Shown here: positions 53,301 through 62,614 of the stretch, piece after piece
Layout of the letters: each line of letters begins with the position of its first letter
Position numbering within the stretch: the first letter of the stretch is position 1
From: Pseudomonadota bacterium
Lineage (GTDB): Bacteria > Pseudomonadota > Alphaproteobacteria > Caulobacterales > Parvularculaceae
Reading direction: 5' to 3'
Length of the DNA: 64,000 nucleotides
Assembly (NCBI GenBank): GCA_039183635.1
Contig: JBCDBL010000002.1
Coordinates: 802-64,801 of the forward strand
The notes under the pieces: generated by a model
What the model was told of the DNA's origin: nothing
What the model saw: the letters and a program-made list of their open reading frames with translations, nothing else
Databases searched by the model: none
Translations under genes and position numbers: made by a program

Positions 53301-55397
53301 ATGAGGCATTTTCTGAAATTCGCTATCACAGGGGCGTTGGCCATCACGCTGGCGGCCTGCACCTCTGAAACCCCATCCGACGAAGAGATTGCGGATGTTC
53401 CGCAGACCTCAACCGAAGACGCCAGCGTAGAGGTTGATGCCGACCTTATCCCGCGGGAGCTGTTTTTCGGCAATCCGACCTATACAAGTGTTCAGATCAG
53501 TCCGGACGGCTCCCGGATAAGCTATCTCGCTCCAGTGGCGGGCGTCATGAATATCTGGGTCGCCCCCGCGGACGATATTCAAGCCGCAACCCCGGTCACC
53601 CGCGACACCGGCCGCGGCGTTCGCAATTATGGCTGGGTCGCCGGCATGGATCGCCTTATCTACATCCAGGACAAGGGGGGAGACGAGAACTTCCTACTTT
53701 ACGGCGTTGATCCCGCCACAGGCGAGGAGACAAATTATACGCCGTTTGAAAACACGCGCGTGATGTTCCTTGCCAGCGACGAGGATATCCCCGGCAAACA
53801 GATTATCGGCGTCAATAACCGCGACCCGCGATGGCATGATGCCTATGAGCTGGATATTGAAACCGGCGCGCTCACCCTGATTTATGAAAATACGGAAGAA
53901 TTCGGCGGCTTCACCTTCGACAATAATCTTGAGCTTCGGTTCGCCGAGAAGTCGACATCTGAAGGCGGCATGGAGTATTATCGCCGCAATGACAGTGGTT
54001 GGGACCTATTCATGGAGGTCTTACCGGAAGATCTGTACACAACCCGCCTTGCCGGATTTAGCGAAGACAACGCCACCCTCTATGTCATCAAAAGCGAGGG
54101 CCGGGACACCGGCGCCTTGTTCGCCATGAATATGCAAAGCGGCGAGAAGACCCTGATTGCGTCCGATGAGCGGGCCGATATTGGCGGCGCCTGGCGCGAC
54201 CCGGAGACTGGCGAACCTTATGTTTACGCTGTCACCTATGACAAAACCCAGTATACGGCGCTTGATGAGCGCGGGGAAGCGATCCTTGCAGCGCTCGACG
54301 CCCATTTTGAGGGTGAGACCTCCCGGGTGTCCGTCACAGACGACGATTCCACATGGGTGCTGGTCAATACCGAATCCGATCAAGTCCCGACCTATTATGT
54401 ATGGGACAGGGACGAAAACAGCTTCACCAAGCTTTTCGCAGTGCGCCCGGCGCTTGAGGACAAGACCCTCGCCGCCATGACGCCGGAGTTGATCCCATCG
54501 CGCGATGGGTTGACCCTTGTGTCTTATCTCACCCTGCCGCCGGGGGCGGATACGGATGGCGACGGGCGTCCCGAACGTCCTGTTCCGATGGTGTTGAATG
54601 TCCATGGCGGTCCGTGGGCGCGGGATTTTTATGGCTATAACCCTACGGCTCAGTGGCTCTCCAACCGAGGCTACGCCGTGCTCCGGGTGAATTTCCGGGG
54701 TTCGACAGGTTTTGGGAAATCCTTTGTCAATGCGGGCAATCTGCAATGGGGCCTCAAAATGCATGACGACCTCATCGATGCTGTCGATTGGGCCGTCGCC
54801 GAAGGGATCACGGCGGACGATACGGTTGCGATTATGGGCGGGTCCTATGGCGGGTATGCGACGCTTGCCGGCCTTACCTTCACGCCGGAGACATTCGCAT
54901 GCGGCGTTGATATCGTCGGGCCGTCAAACCTGATCACTTTACTGGAGTCGATCCCGCCCTATTGGGAGAGCTTTCGCCGGGTGCTTGAAAAACGCGTGGG
55001 CGATCCGAACTCGGAAGAAGGGCGCGCGATCCTTGAAGCGGCCTCGCCGCTGAACAGTGTCGACACGATTACGAAACCCCTTCTCATTGGTCAGGGGGCG
55101 AACGACCCCCGCGTGAAACAAGCCGAATCCGATCAAATCGTCACCGCGATGCAGGACAAGGGCATTCCCGTGACCTATGTGCTCTTCCCGGATGAAGGAC
55201 ATGGCCTCGCACGGCCGGAAAACCGTCTGGCTTTTTACAGCGTCGCAGAGGGCTTCCTGTCCGCCTGCCTCGGCGGCAGGGCTGAACCGATCGGGGACGA
55301 TTTCGAAGGGTCAAGCCTCACCGCGCCAACAGGCGCGGCGTTTATCCACGGCCTGCCGGAGGCGCTTGAAGGGTTCACCCCTGAAGAGCGGGGATAA
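53301..55397 (+). CDS. Peptidase S9 (prolyl oligopeptidase / dipeptidyl- or acylaminoacyl-peptidase family), lipoprotein
   Basis: Lipobox LAAC in MRHFLKFAITGALAITLAACTSE. Nucleophile elbow GGSYGGYA. GANDPRV and DEGHG catalytic-triad contexts. N-terminal beta-propeller-like half. Confidence 0.85.
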   Translation: MRHFLKFAITGALAITLAACTSETPSDEEIADVPQTSTEDASVEVDADLIPRELFFGNPTYTSVQISPDGSRISYLAPVAGVMNIWVAPADDIQAATPVTRDTGRGVRNYGWVAGMDRLIYIQDKGGDENFLLYGVDPATGEETNYTPFENTRVMFLASDEDIPGKQIIGVNNRDPRWHDAYELDIETGALTLIYENTEEFGGFTFDNNLELRFAEKSTSEGGMEYYRRNDSGWDLFMEVLPEDLYTTRLAGFSEDNATLYVIKSEGRDTGALFAMNMQSGEKTLIASDERADIGGAWRDPETGEPYVYAVTYDKTQYTALDERGEAILAALDAHFEGETSRVSVTDDDSTWVLVNTESDQVPTYYVWDRDENSFTKLFAVRPALEDKTLAAMTPELIPSRDGLTLVSYLTLPPGADTDGDGRPERPVPMVLNVHGGPWARDFYGYNPTAQWLSNRGYAVLRVNFRGSTGFGKSFVNAGNLQWGLKMHDDLIDAVDWAVAEGITADDTVAIMGGSYGGYATLAGLTFTPETFACGVDIVGPSNLITLLESIPPYWESFRRVLEKRVGDPNSEEGRAILEAASPLNSVDTITKPLLIGQGANDPRVKQAESDQIVTAMQDKGIPVTYVLFPDEGHGLARPENRLAFYSVAEGFLSACLGGRAEPIGDDFEGSSLTAPTGAAFIHGLPEALEGFTPEERG

Positions 55398-55414
55398 ACA
55401 CAAAGCCCCACATT

Positions 55415-55441
55415 CCCCGGCGCGGAATAAATGCGCCGGGG
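55415..55441 (+). terminator. GC-rich hairpin after the S9 peptidase gene (CCCCGGCGC-N9-GCGCCGGGG)
   Basis: Perfect 9-bp stem 18 nt after the stop. There is no clear T-tract, so terminator function is tentative. Confidence 0.45.
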
Positions 55442-55842
55442 CGCGTCACTCATATGTTCTCGTCTCGACAATCGCCCGATACGCGCGCGCTCCGATTGTC
55501 CTTCCGCAAAGTTCTGTTTTTGCAAAACAATCGTGAACGGCATGCCCGGACATTAAGCGCTTTGGAAACTCGTGATTATTTTACAACAGCTTTTTGGTTA
55601 GATCTTAGCGGGGAATTGCGCACCGCTTAAAAAGTGTTCTATCATACGAGTATGGCTAACTTGGAACATAACCAAGTCATTGGACGCTGTTCCGTCGACT
55701 ACCAACTCAGCGAGTGGTTCGACGAGTGATCCCTGCGCCGGGGCAACAGCGCCGGCGGTCACCCCTATGATGTGAGCCCGCGCTGCGGCCTCGGCCTATC
55801 AAATTAAACACAATGTTTAATCTGTCAGGCAGGGGAAAAGCC

Positions 55843-58665
55843 ATGAAAAATCATCAGAATTTACTTCGCATATTGTTGTTGAGCACAGCAATCGTCGCAC
55901 CGTCGGCATATGCGCAAGATACCGGCGTTGAGACCGTTCCGGACCAACCGGAAACGGCGTCGCCGGAGGATACGTTTGTCATCACAGGCACCCGTATCAA
56001 AGGACTGCAGGTAGACGGCGCCGTTCAGGCAATTACGGTGGACCGGGATGACCTCCTGGAGTCAGGACAATCATCGCTCGCCGAAGCGCTAAGAGAGCTG
56101 CCGGTGACCGGCGGGGGGCGCGGCACGTTCACCACATCCACGGCAGGCGCTTTGTCTGGCGACACGCCGCCTGGCGCTGCGACCGTCTCTCTGCGCGGGC
56201 TTGGCCCAAGCTCCACCCTCACCCTCATCAATGGGCGCCGTGCTGCGATTTCATCTTTTGCTCTGGGCCAAGAAAACTTTATTGACGTCAATGCGATCCC
56301 GTTCGCCGCAGTCGACCGGGTGGAGGTGTTGCCGAACGGCGCCTCGGCCATTTACGGCGCCGACGCTATCGCAGGCGTTGTAAACTATGTGCTGCGTGAC
56401 GACTTCAACGGATTTGAGGTGGAAACATCGTACGGAAACTCCACCGCCGACACGGATGAAGGCCGCTTCAATGTAAACGCCGTATGGGGACGGGCCAATG
56501 AAACCCGGTCCGTCATGCTGGTGGCTGACTATTATAAGCGTAATGCCTTTTTTGACCGTGATCGCGACAGTACGGCAAATAGCGTCAGGCCAAGCCAGCA
56601 GGGATTTTACCCGAGCTTTAACGACTTGTTCTTAATGACCTTTGACCAAACCGAAGAACCGGAAGATGGGGGCTGTCCGGCCGATGACTTCGGTTTCGGC
56701 GGCCTGGGCGAGTTCTGCGAGGTCAACACCAATGCGTTTACATCCACGGAAGACGCGTATGAAAGCCTGTCATTTATGGGCGTGTTCAAGCAAGATTTAG
56801 GCGCCAATACAACGTGGTTTAATGAATTTATCTTTTCTACAAACGATAGCGAAGGCACGTCCTCCCCTGCAAACTTCTCCCGCGCGCCGGTCGACCCTGA
56901 GAACCCTTTCTTTCCCGCTGCGCTTATCGACGATATTGTTGAAGAAGCAAGGCTTGAAGACTCAAATGCGGTTTACCCCGACTTTTTCGGCTTTCCGATT
57001 TTTGCATGGGGCAAGTTCCTGGACCCTCGCGCAGTTGAAGTTGAGAGTAAAACCTGGCGCATTGTCTCAGGCATTGAGCACGAAGCAGACAATGGCTGGA
57101 ACTATGAGGCGGCCCTCATCTATGGCCGCAACAAATCCACGCAGCGCGGTCTGTCTGGCCTCTACCGCTCAGAACCATTTTACGACGCTCTTTTGGGTAA
57201 TGTGTGTACCGACGGTACGCGCGTGGAACGCTGGGATGTCGACCCTGAACGACCGAATGCGTTCTTTATTGGCGATACATGTGAAGATACTGGACGCACC
57301 ACCCTTTGGTACAATCCCTTCGGCGGTCAAGTGAACCAGGAAGACGGCATCGACGCGCTCATACGCACCGACGCGGAGCGCAACGGTGAAGCCAGCATGT
57401 TCATCGCCGACTTCGCCATGTCCGGGGAGCTCACGCAGTTTCGAGGGCGTGCGGTGAGTGCGGCGTTCGGGGCGGAATATCGGTATGAGGAGGTGGAGGA
57501 CACGCCGTCCGGCGCAGCCGTGGCGACACGGGATAATCCGGAGCCCATCCTTGGTTTTTCCTCCACTTCAGCCGACGCCGACCGCGCCCAGTGGGCGGCG
57601 TTTGGCGAGCTGTATATCCCGCTTGCAGATGAATTGGATTTACAACTCGCCGCCCGGTACGACTCCACCGACGATTACGGCGACAGCTTCAATCCGAAAG
57701 TCGCACTTCGATACCAACCGTTTGAACAGCTTGTTTTACGCGGAAATTGGTCGACCTCGTTCCGTGCGCCCTCCCTGGCGCAGGTCGGCGCCGGCACGAG
57801 GCTGACGTCCTTTACCGTGGACTGTACGATAACGCCGGGGGCCTGTGATGGAGATTCTGGCGCCGACGGCTTGGCTTTGCTGTCTGAAGAAGTCGGCAAT
57901 CTCAACCTCGACCCGGAGGAAGCTGAAACGTGGTCGATCGGCGCTGTGTTCGAGCCAACCGAAAACGTCACATTTACGGTTGATTTTTGGAATATCCGCC
58001 ATGAAGACCTTGTCGGCGTTGATGAAGATGACTTCATCGTACGCGCGCTGGCGGGCGAATTCGCCGTCATCGACGTGGCCAATGGCTTCTTGCCGACCGG
58101 TACGCCAGGGCTTGAGGTGACCAACGGATTTGTCACGGATGCGCACTTTGCATTGACCAACCTTGGTTACCAGGAAACCAGCGGTATCGATGCGACATAC
58201 ACCCAGTATATTGACTTGAACGCGGGTACGTTAGCTTTCCTTGTCGACGGCAGTTACTTGCTCGAGTTCGAACGTCAAGCCTCAGACGGTGCGGACGTTA
58301 TCGATGAAGCCGGCGAATTCACTTATCCGCAATTGCGGCTTCGCGGAACGGCGCGGTGGACCCAAGGGCCCTTACGTTTGTCGGCAAGCGTCGATTACAC
58401 CTCCGACTATGAAGATGACCCAAGCAATCGTGTTCGCGATGCGCTTGGCATCGCCGACGACGCGGAGGTTACAGTCGACAGTTGGACAACCGTCGACCTT
58501 TCAGCGATCTACGACCTTGGAGAAAGCTCATTCGTTCAGCTGTCCGTGCAAAACGTGTTTGACGAGGAACCGCCGTTGGCCCTTGGCACAGGGGCGAATG
58601 TGGACTTCTTCAACCACGACAGTCTCGGTCGGTTCGTCACCCTTCGCCTCGGCCACAGCTTCTAA
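55843..58665 (+). CDS. TonB-dependent outer-membrane receptor
   Basis: SD AGGGGAAAAG, then MKNHQNLLRILLLSTAIVAPSAYAQ. TonB-box/plug EDTFVITGTRI...VSLRGLG. C-terminal barrel ending RLGHSF with the terminal aromatic residue. Confidence 0.9.
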   Translation: MKNHQNLLRILLLSTAIVAPSAYAQDTGVETVPDQPETASPEDTFVITGTRIKGLQVDGAVQAITVDRDDLLESGQSSLAEALRELPVTGGGRGTFTTSTAGALSGDTPPGAATVSLRGLGPSSTLTLINGRRAAISSFALGQENFIDVNAIPFAAVDRVEVLPNGASAIYGADAIAGVVNYVLRDDFNGFEVETSYGNSTADTDEGRFNVNAVWGRANETRSVMLVADYYKRNAFFDRDRDSTANSVRPSQQGFYPSFNDLFLMTFDQTEEPEDGGCPADDFGFGGLGEFCEVNTNAFTSTEDAYESLSFMGVFKQDLGANTTWFNEFIFSTNDSEGTSSPANFSRAPVDPENPFFPAALIDDIVEEARLEDSNAVYPDFFGFPIFAWGKFLDPRAVEVESKTWRIVSGIEHEADNGWNYEAALIYGRNKSTQRGLSGLYRSEPFYDALLGNVCTDGTRVERWDVDPERPNAFFIGDTCEDTGRTTLWYNPFGGQVNQEDGIDALIRTDAERNGEASMFIADFAMSGELTQFRGRAVSAAFGAEYRYEEVEDTPSGAAVATRDNPEPILGFSSTSADADRAQWAAFGELYIPLADELDLQLAARYDSTDDYGDSFNPKVALRYQPFEQLVLRGNWSTSFRAPSLAQVGAGTRLTSFTVDCTITPGACDGDSGADGLALLSEEVGNLNLDPEEAETWSIGAVFEPTENVTFTVDFWNIRHEDLVGVDEDDFIVRALAGEFAVIDVANGFLPTGTPGLEVTNGFVTDAHFALTNLGYQETSGIDATYTQYIDLNAGTLAFLVDGSYLLEFERQASDGADVIDEAGEFTYPQLRLRGTARWTQGPLRLSASVDYTSDYEDDPSNRVRDALGIADDAEVTVDSWTTVDLSAIYDLGESSFVQLSVQNVFDEEPPLALGTGANVDFFNHDSLGRFVTLRLGHSF

Positions 58666-58676
58666 CAGCTGTTTTC

Positions 58677-58730
58677 ATCGGGTAGCCTGTCTATGCGTTG
58701 GCGTCAGCCAACACTTTAAGGCTACCCGAT
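58677..58730 (+). promoter_or_regulatory. Intercistronic stem-loop: 11-bp perfect inverted repeat ATCGGGTAGCC...GGCTACCCGAT enclosing a GTTGGC/GCCAAC hairpin
   Basis: Read directly from the sequence. It lies between the receptor stop (58665) and the SD/ATG of the next gene (GGAG at 58735, ATG at 58746). Confidence 0.5.
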
Positions 58731-58745
58731 CATTTGGAGTGGGCA

Positions 58746-60182
58746 ATGACAGACCATGGCGCGGCAAAGCCGCAAATGCGGGCGCCCGATACGCTATTGA
58801 TCGTATTCGGGATCGCCTTTTTTGCCTGGATTGCAACTTATATCGTGCCGCGCGGCGCGTTTGGCGGCGGCAGTGAGGGCTTTTCTCTTAAAACCTTCAC
58901 ATCCAGCGGCATAGAGGGCGCGCCGCTTTTCGGGAACGACGAGGCCGTTGGCCTGCTGAACTTCTTCTTTGAGGGCTTGGTCAGCGGGGATCGCTACGGC
59001 GCAACCATAGGGTTGATGGCCTTCCTCTTAATCGTGGGCGGCGCCTTTGGGGTTATCTCAAAAACACGCGCCCTGGAAAGAGCGTTAACGGGATTCTTAA
59101 ATGGGTCGGATCAGATGACGGATTGGTCCCTGGGCGTGCTCTTTATACTGTTCTCCCTTGCCGGTGCAGTCTTCGGGATGGGCGAGGAAGCGATTGTTTT
59201 TGTCGTCGTCCTGGCCCCTGCGCTGTTGCGCGCCGGCTATGATCGTCCGACAGCTGTAATTGTCGCCTACGTCGCAACGCAGATCGGCTTCGCCACAAGC
59301 TGGATGAACCCATTTTCGGTCACTGTGGCCCAAGGCATCGCACAGTTGCCAGCTCTGTCAGGTTGGGAGTTTCGCGCCGCGATGTGGGCTGTCTTTACCC
59401 TGCTCGGAGCGATATGGGTTGTTTGGCGCGCAACGGGCGTTCGGCAAAGACCTCAGCCAAGCGACGCGTCATCTGCGGCCCCCCTTGAACACCTAGACAG
59501 CCGCCTGAAACTCGGCCATTGGCTCATCATTGCAGTCGTAACCCTTGGAATCATTTGGATCGCATGGGGTGTCGCCGTCAATCGGCATTACTTTCCCGAG
59601 ATCAGCGCCCAGTTTTTCGCGATTGGCCTTGCAGCTGGCTTCATCGCCATACTGTTCAAACTGGAAGGCATGACGCCAAATGATGCATTGACCGGTTTTC
59701 GCGATGGCGCTGCGGGCCTTTTGCCGGCTGTCCTGATCATCGGAGCGGCCAAAGGCATCGTTCTGCTTCTCGGCGGTGACGACCCGTCGTCACAAAGCGT
59801 ATTGAATACAGCGCTCCATGCAATGGGCGGCGCAACACAAGACTTGCCCCCGTCGGTTTCTGCTGTCGGAATGTTCGGCCTGCAATCCGTCATCAACCTT
59901 TTTGTTGTTTCAGGTTCGGGACAGGCCGCGCTTACAATGCCCATAATGGCGCCGTTGGCCGATCTGAACGGGCTATCCCGCCAGATAGCGGTTTTATCCT
60001 TTCAACTGGGGGATGGTCTGACAAACCTTATTTGCCCGGCGTCCGCCGCATTAATGGGGTCCCTGGCCGCCGCACGCGTGGAATGGACGTCGTGGCTTAG
60101 CGTTATTTGGAAACCGCTTCTGGTCGCAATGTTTTTGGCGGTCGCCTTTATCCTCACGGCTGTTAGCATAGGATATTCATAA
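58746..60182 (+). CDS. YfcC/DcuC-type (C4-dicarboxylate anaerobic carrier fold) membrane transporter
   Basis: 478-aa polytopic protein. The N-terminus ...APDTLLIVFGIAFFAWIATYIVPRGAF resembles the YfcC family start. I chose the start at 58746 (SD GGAG) rather than 58698. Confidence 0.7.
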   Translation: MTDHGAAKPQMRAPDTLLIVFGIAFFAWIATYIVPRGAFGGGSEGFSLKTFTSSGIEGAPLFGNDEAVGLLNFFFEGLVSGDRYGATIGLMAFLLIVGGAFGVISKTRALERALTGFLNGSDQMTDWSLGVLFILFSLAGAVFGMGEEAIVFVVVLAPALLRAGYDRPTAVIVAYVATQIGFATSWMNPFSVTVAQGIAQLPALSGWEFRAAMWAVFTLLGAIWVVWRATGVRQRPQPSDASSAAPLEHLDSRLKLGHWLIIAVVTLGIIWIAWGVAVNRHYFPEISAQFFAIGLAAGFIAILFKLEGMTPNDALTGFRDGAAGLLPAVLIIGAAKGIVLLLGGDDPSSQSVLNTALHAMGGATQDLPPSVSAVGMFGLQSVINLFVVSGSGQAALTMPIMAPLADLNGLSRQIAVLSFQLGDGLTNLICPASAALMGSLAAARVEWTSWLSVIWKPLLVAMFLAVAFILTAVSIGYS

Positions 60183-60186
60183 ACAT

Positions 60187-61419
60187 ATGATGCGTATAAA
60201 GGCCATATTCACTTTTCTTCTCATCAGCCTGTCGCCGCAAGCGGCAATGTCAGAAGGACGGCTCATTATAGCGGGAGGCGCGGTTGCAAAAGCCAACGCC
60301 CCTGTGTGGGAAGCGTTTATCGAAAGTCTGCCTGAAGAAGGGCACGTCTTCGTCGTTGCCGCGGCGTCCTCCGCACCTTCTTCGTCAGCACAAAGCGCAC
60401 GCTCCGCGTTAGCATCCCATGGGCTTGCCATGGAGCGCATCAAAGTCGCACCGCTCGCCGTTCTGGACGATAAAGGCACGCCGAGTACAAACGAATCAAA
60501 ATGGCGTAAAAACGCCTTTGATTCTAAGCTATCCAACATGCTGCAAGAGGCCGCCGGGTTCTGGTTTACCGGCGGCGACCAGTTGAGAATTACAAACCTG
60601 TTACAAGATGGAGAAGAAGCCCCTGCCCTAACCGCCATTCGTCGAGCTCATGCAAATGGCGCCAGTCTCGGCGGCGCCAGCGCCGGCGCCGCTATTATGA
60701 GCGACCTGATGATATATGGCGGGGAAAGTCTTTCCGCACTTCTCCAGCCTCCAACTCGGAGCGGCGGAGACGGACTGCTCATCACGCAAGGCCTTGGTTT
60801 TTTTACCCATGGCGTCGTTGACCAACATTTTGGAGAACGGGCGCGCCTCGGCCGCCTTATTCGAGCCATCTCCATTCTTCCTCAACCTGAGCAGCGGCTC
60901 GGTTTTGGAATCGATGAAGGCACAGCGCTTGTTGTAGACGCAGCGGGCCGCCTGTCCGTTGTCGGGGAAAATTATGTCACTGTTGTGGACGGAACGACGG
61001 CGGCTTTTAGCGAAACAAAGGGAAGATTATCCGTTAACGGTTTAACTCTTCATCTGCTCGGGCCAACAGACGCCTTAAACCTTGCCACCGGCGCCGTCAC
61101 ACCGGCCGCGTATCGCAAGGCAACGGTTACAAATCCATACTTCAACACCCCCCTGCCCGGAGGCGGCGGCATGGCTTTGAACGGCCAAACCCTTTCAAGC
61201 GTGATTGGCGACGGGCTGGTCGATAACGCAGCCGCCAGCCAAATAATAAGAGACAGTTTTGATGATAAAGGCCGGGGCGCCAGATATCGCTTTACGCAAC
61301 GGTCAAACACCAGAGGGTTTTGGGGACGGAATAAAAACAATGTCGCACATTACTCAGTCATTAGTGTAAAGATGGATGTTATCCCAATACAAGTCACCAT
61401 TGAAGAGTTAGATCATTGA
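60187..61419 (+). CDS. cphE: Exported cyanophycinase (peptidase S51, CphE-like)
   Basis: Signal peptide MMRIKAIFTFLLISLSPQAAMS. Motifs FTGGDQLRIT, GGASAGAAIMS (nucleophile Ser) and VVDQHFGERARLGRL are the conserved cyanophycinase blocks. Confidence 0.8.
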   Translation: MMRIKAIFTFLLISLSPQAAMSEGRLIIAGGAVAKANAPVWEAFIESLPEEGHVFVVAAASSAPSSSAQSARSALASHGLAMERIKVAPLAVLDDKGTPSTNESKWRKNAFDSKLSNMLQEAAGFWFTGGDQLRITNLLQDGEEAPALTAIRRAHANGASLGGASAGAAIMSDLMIYGGESLSALLQPPTRSGGDGLLITQGLGFFTHGVVDQHFGERARLGRLIRAISILPQPEQRLGFGIDEGTALVVDAAGRLSVVGENYVTVVDGTTAAFSETKGRLSVNGLTLHLLGPTDALNLATGAVTPAAYRKATVTNPYFNTPLPGGGGMALNGQTLSSVIGDGLVDNAAASQIIRDSFDDKGRGARYRFTQRSNTRGFWGRNKNNVAHYSVISVKMDVIPIQVTIEELDH

Positions 61420-62300
61420 CCACAGAACACCGATACGCCCTTGCCATTCACGGCGGCGCCGGCCCGCGTCCAGGTAGAGATTATTCGGAAGTCGAAGACC
61501 ACTTACGTCGCGTAATATATAACGGCGAGCGCCTTCTTCTAAAAGGCTGGGCTGCGATAGACGTCGTTCAGGAAGTGGTGACGGATATGGAGACAAGCGG
61601 TCTTTACGTCGCAGGTCGCGGCACAGCGCCCAACGCAGCAGGCTGGTACGAAATGGACGCATCCATTATGGATGGCGCACGCGCCAAGGCGGGCGGCGTT
61701 GCAGCTGTGCAAGATTTGGAAAGCCCCATCAAAGCGGCGCGCGCCGTCCTCGAAAACACCGCCCACGTCTTGCTTGTCGGGCAAGGCGCAAATTTGTTAG
61801 CAACCTCTTTAGGGCACAAGCGCATCAGTCAACCTGAATCCTGGTACAGATTGCCGGTTGGCGTTACTTCAGAAGAAGCAACCGCGGATGAGCTCTCTCA
61901 CGGCACGGTCGGCGCCGTCGCCCTGGATAAACAAGGGCGGCTCGCCGCAGCGACATCCACTGGAGGTTTATTTGGCCGCAGAGCAGGACGCATTGGGGAC
62001 TCTGGAATTATCGGATATGGGTCGTGGGCCGATGAACAAGTCGCTGTCTCTTGTACGGGAATCGGCGAGTGCTTCATACTGGGCGGCGGCGCCAGAGAGG
62101 TCGCTTCAAGAATACGGCACAAACACGATGCCTTGCATATGGCTGTAAGGGGCATGCTAACAGATGTTGAACGCTGGGGCGGCGATGGCGGGGCCATCGC
62201 CATCAATAAGAAAGGCGAGGTTGTCTGCATGTTTAATTCACAAGGACTGAAACATGCCTACGTCAGCCAGGGCGAACCAGCAAAAGTTGCGGTTTTTTAG
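61416..62300 (+). CDS. iaaA: Isoaspartyl peptidase / L-asparaginase (Ntn hydrolase, IaaA-like)
   Basis: TTG start overlapping the cphE stop. AIHGGAG N-terminus. Autoprocessing site HGTVGAVALD. No signal peptide. Confidence 0.85.
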   Translation: MTTEHRYALAIHGGAGPRPGRDYSEVEDHLRRVIYNGERLLLKGWAAIDVVQEVVTDMETSGLYVAGRGTAPNAAGWYEMDASIMDGARAKAGGVAAVQDLESPIKAARAVLENTAHVLLVGQGANLLATSLGHKRISQPESWYRLPVGVTSEEATADELSHGTVGAVALDKQGRLAAATSTGGLFGRRAGRIGDSGIIGYGSWADEQVAVSCTGIGECFILGGGAREVASRIRHKHDALHMAVRGMLTDVERWGGDGGAIAINKKGEVVCMFNSQGLKHAYVSQGEPAKVAVF

Positions 62301-62614
62301 CTTCGATACTTTGACCAAAAAGGCTCATTACTATCAAACCCTTTAAAACCACCATCAAGCTCTCTGTAAAATATCCGCCTTAAAACAAAAGATTTATGAA
62401 ATAGCGCACTTGGACCACATTGCTTTGAACCAGTTGTGGGAAGAACTTGGCGACTGGAAGCAGGTTCTGGAACGCTACGATTTCTGAATCTTTGCCAGTA
62501 CCTCGCATTATCTCACACAACCTTACATGCCTTTTTGGGTATTAACGGGTTGAGTTTTGGGTATTTTTCTTAATTAACTTGATTTTATGGATATTTTTGG
62601 ATATATTTATGGGT

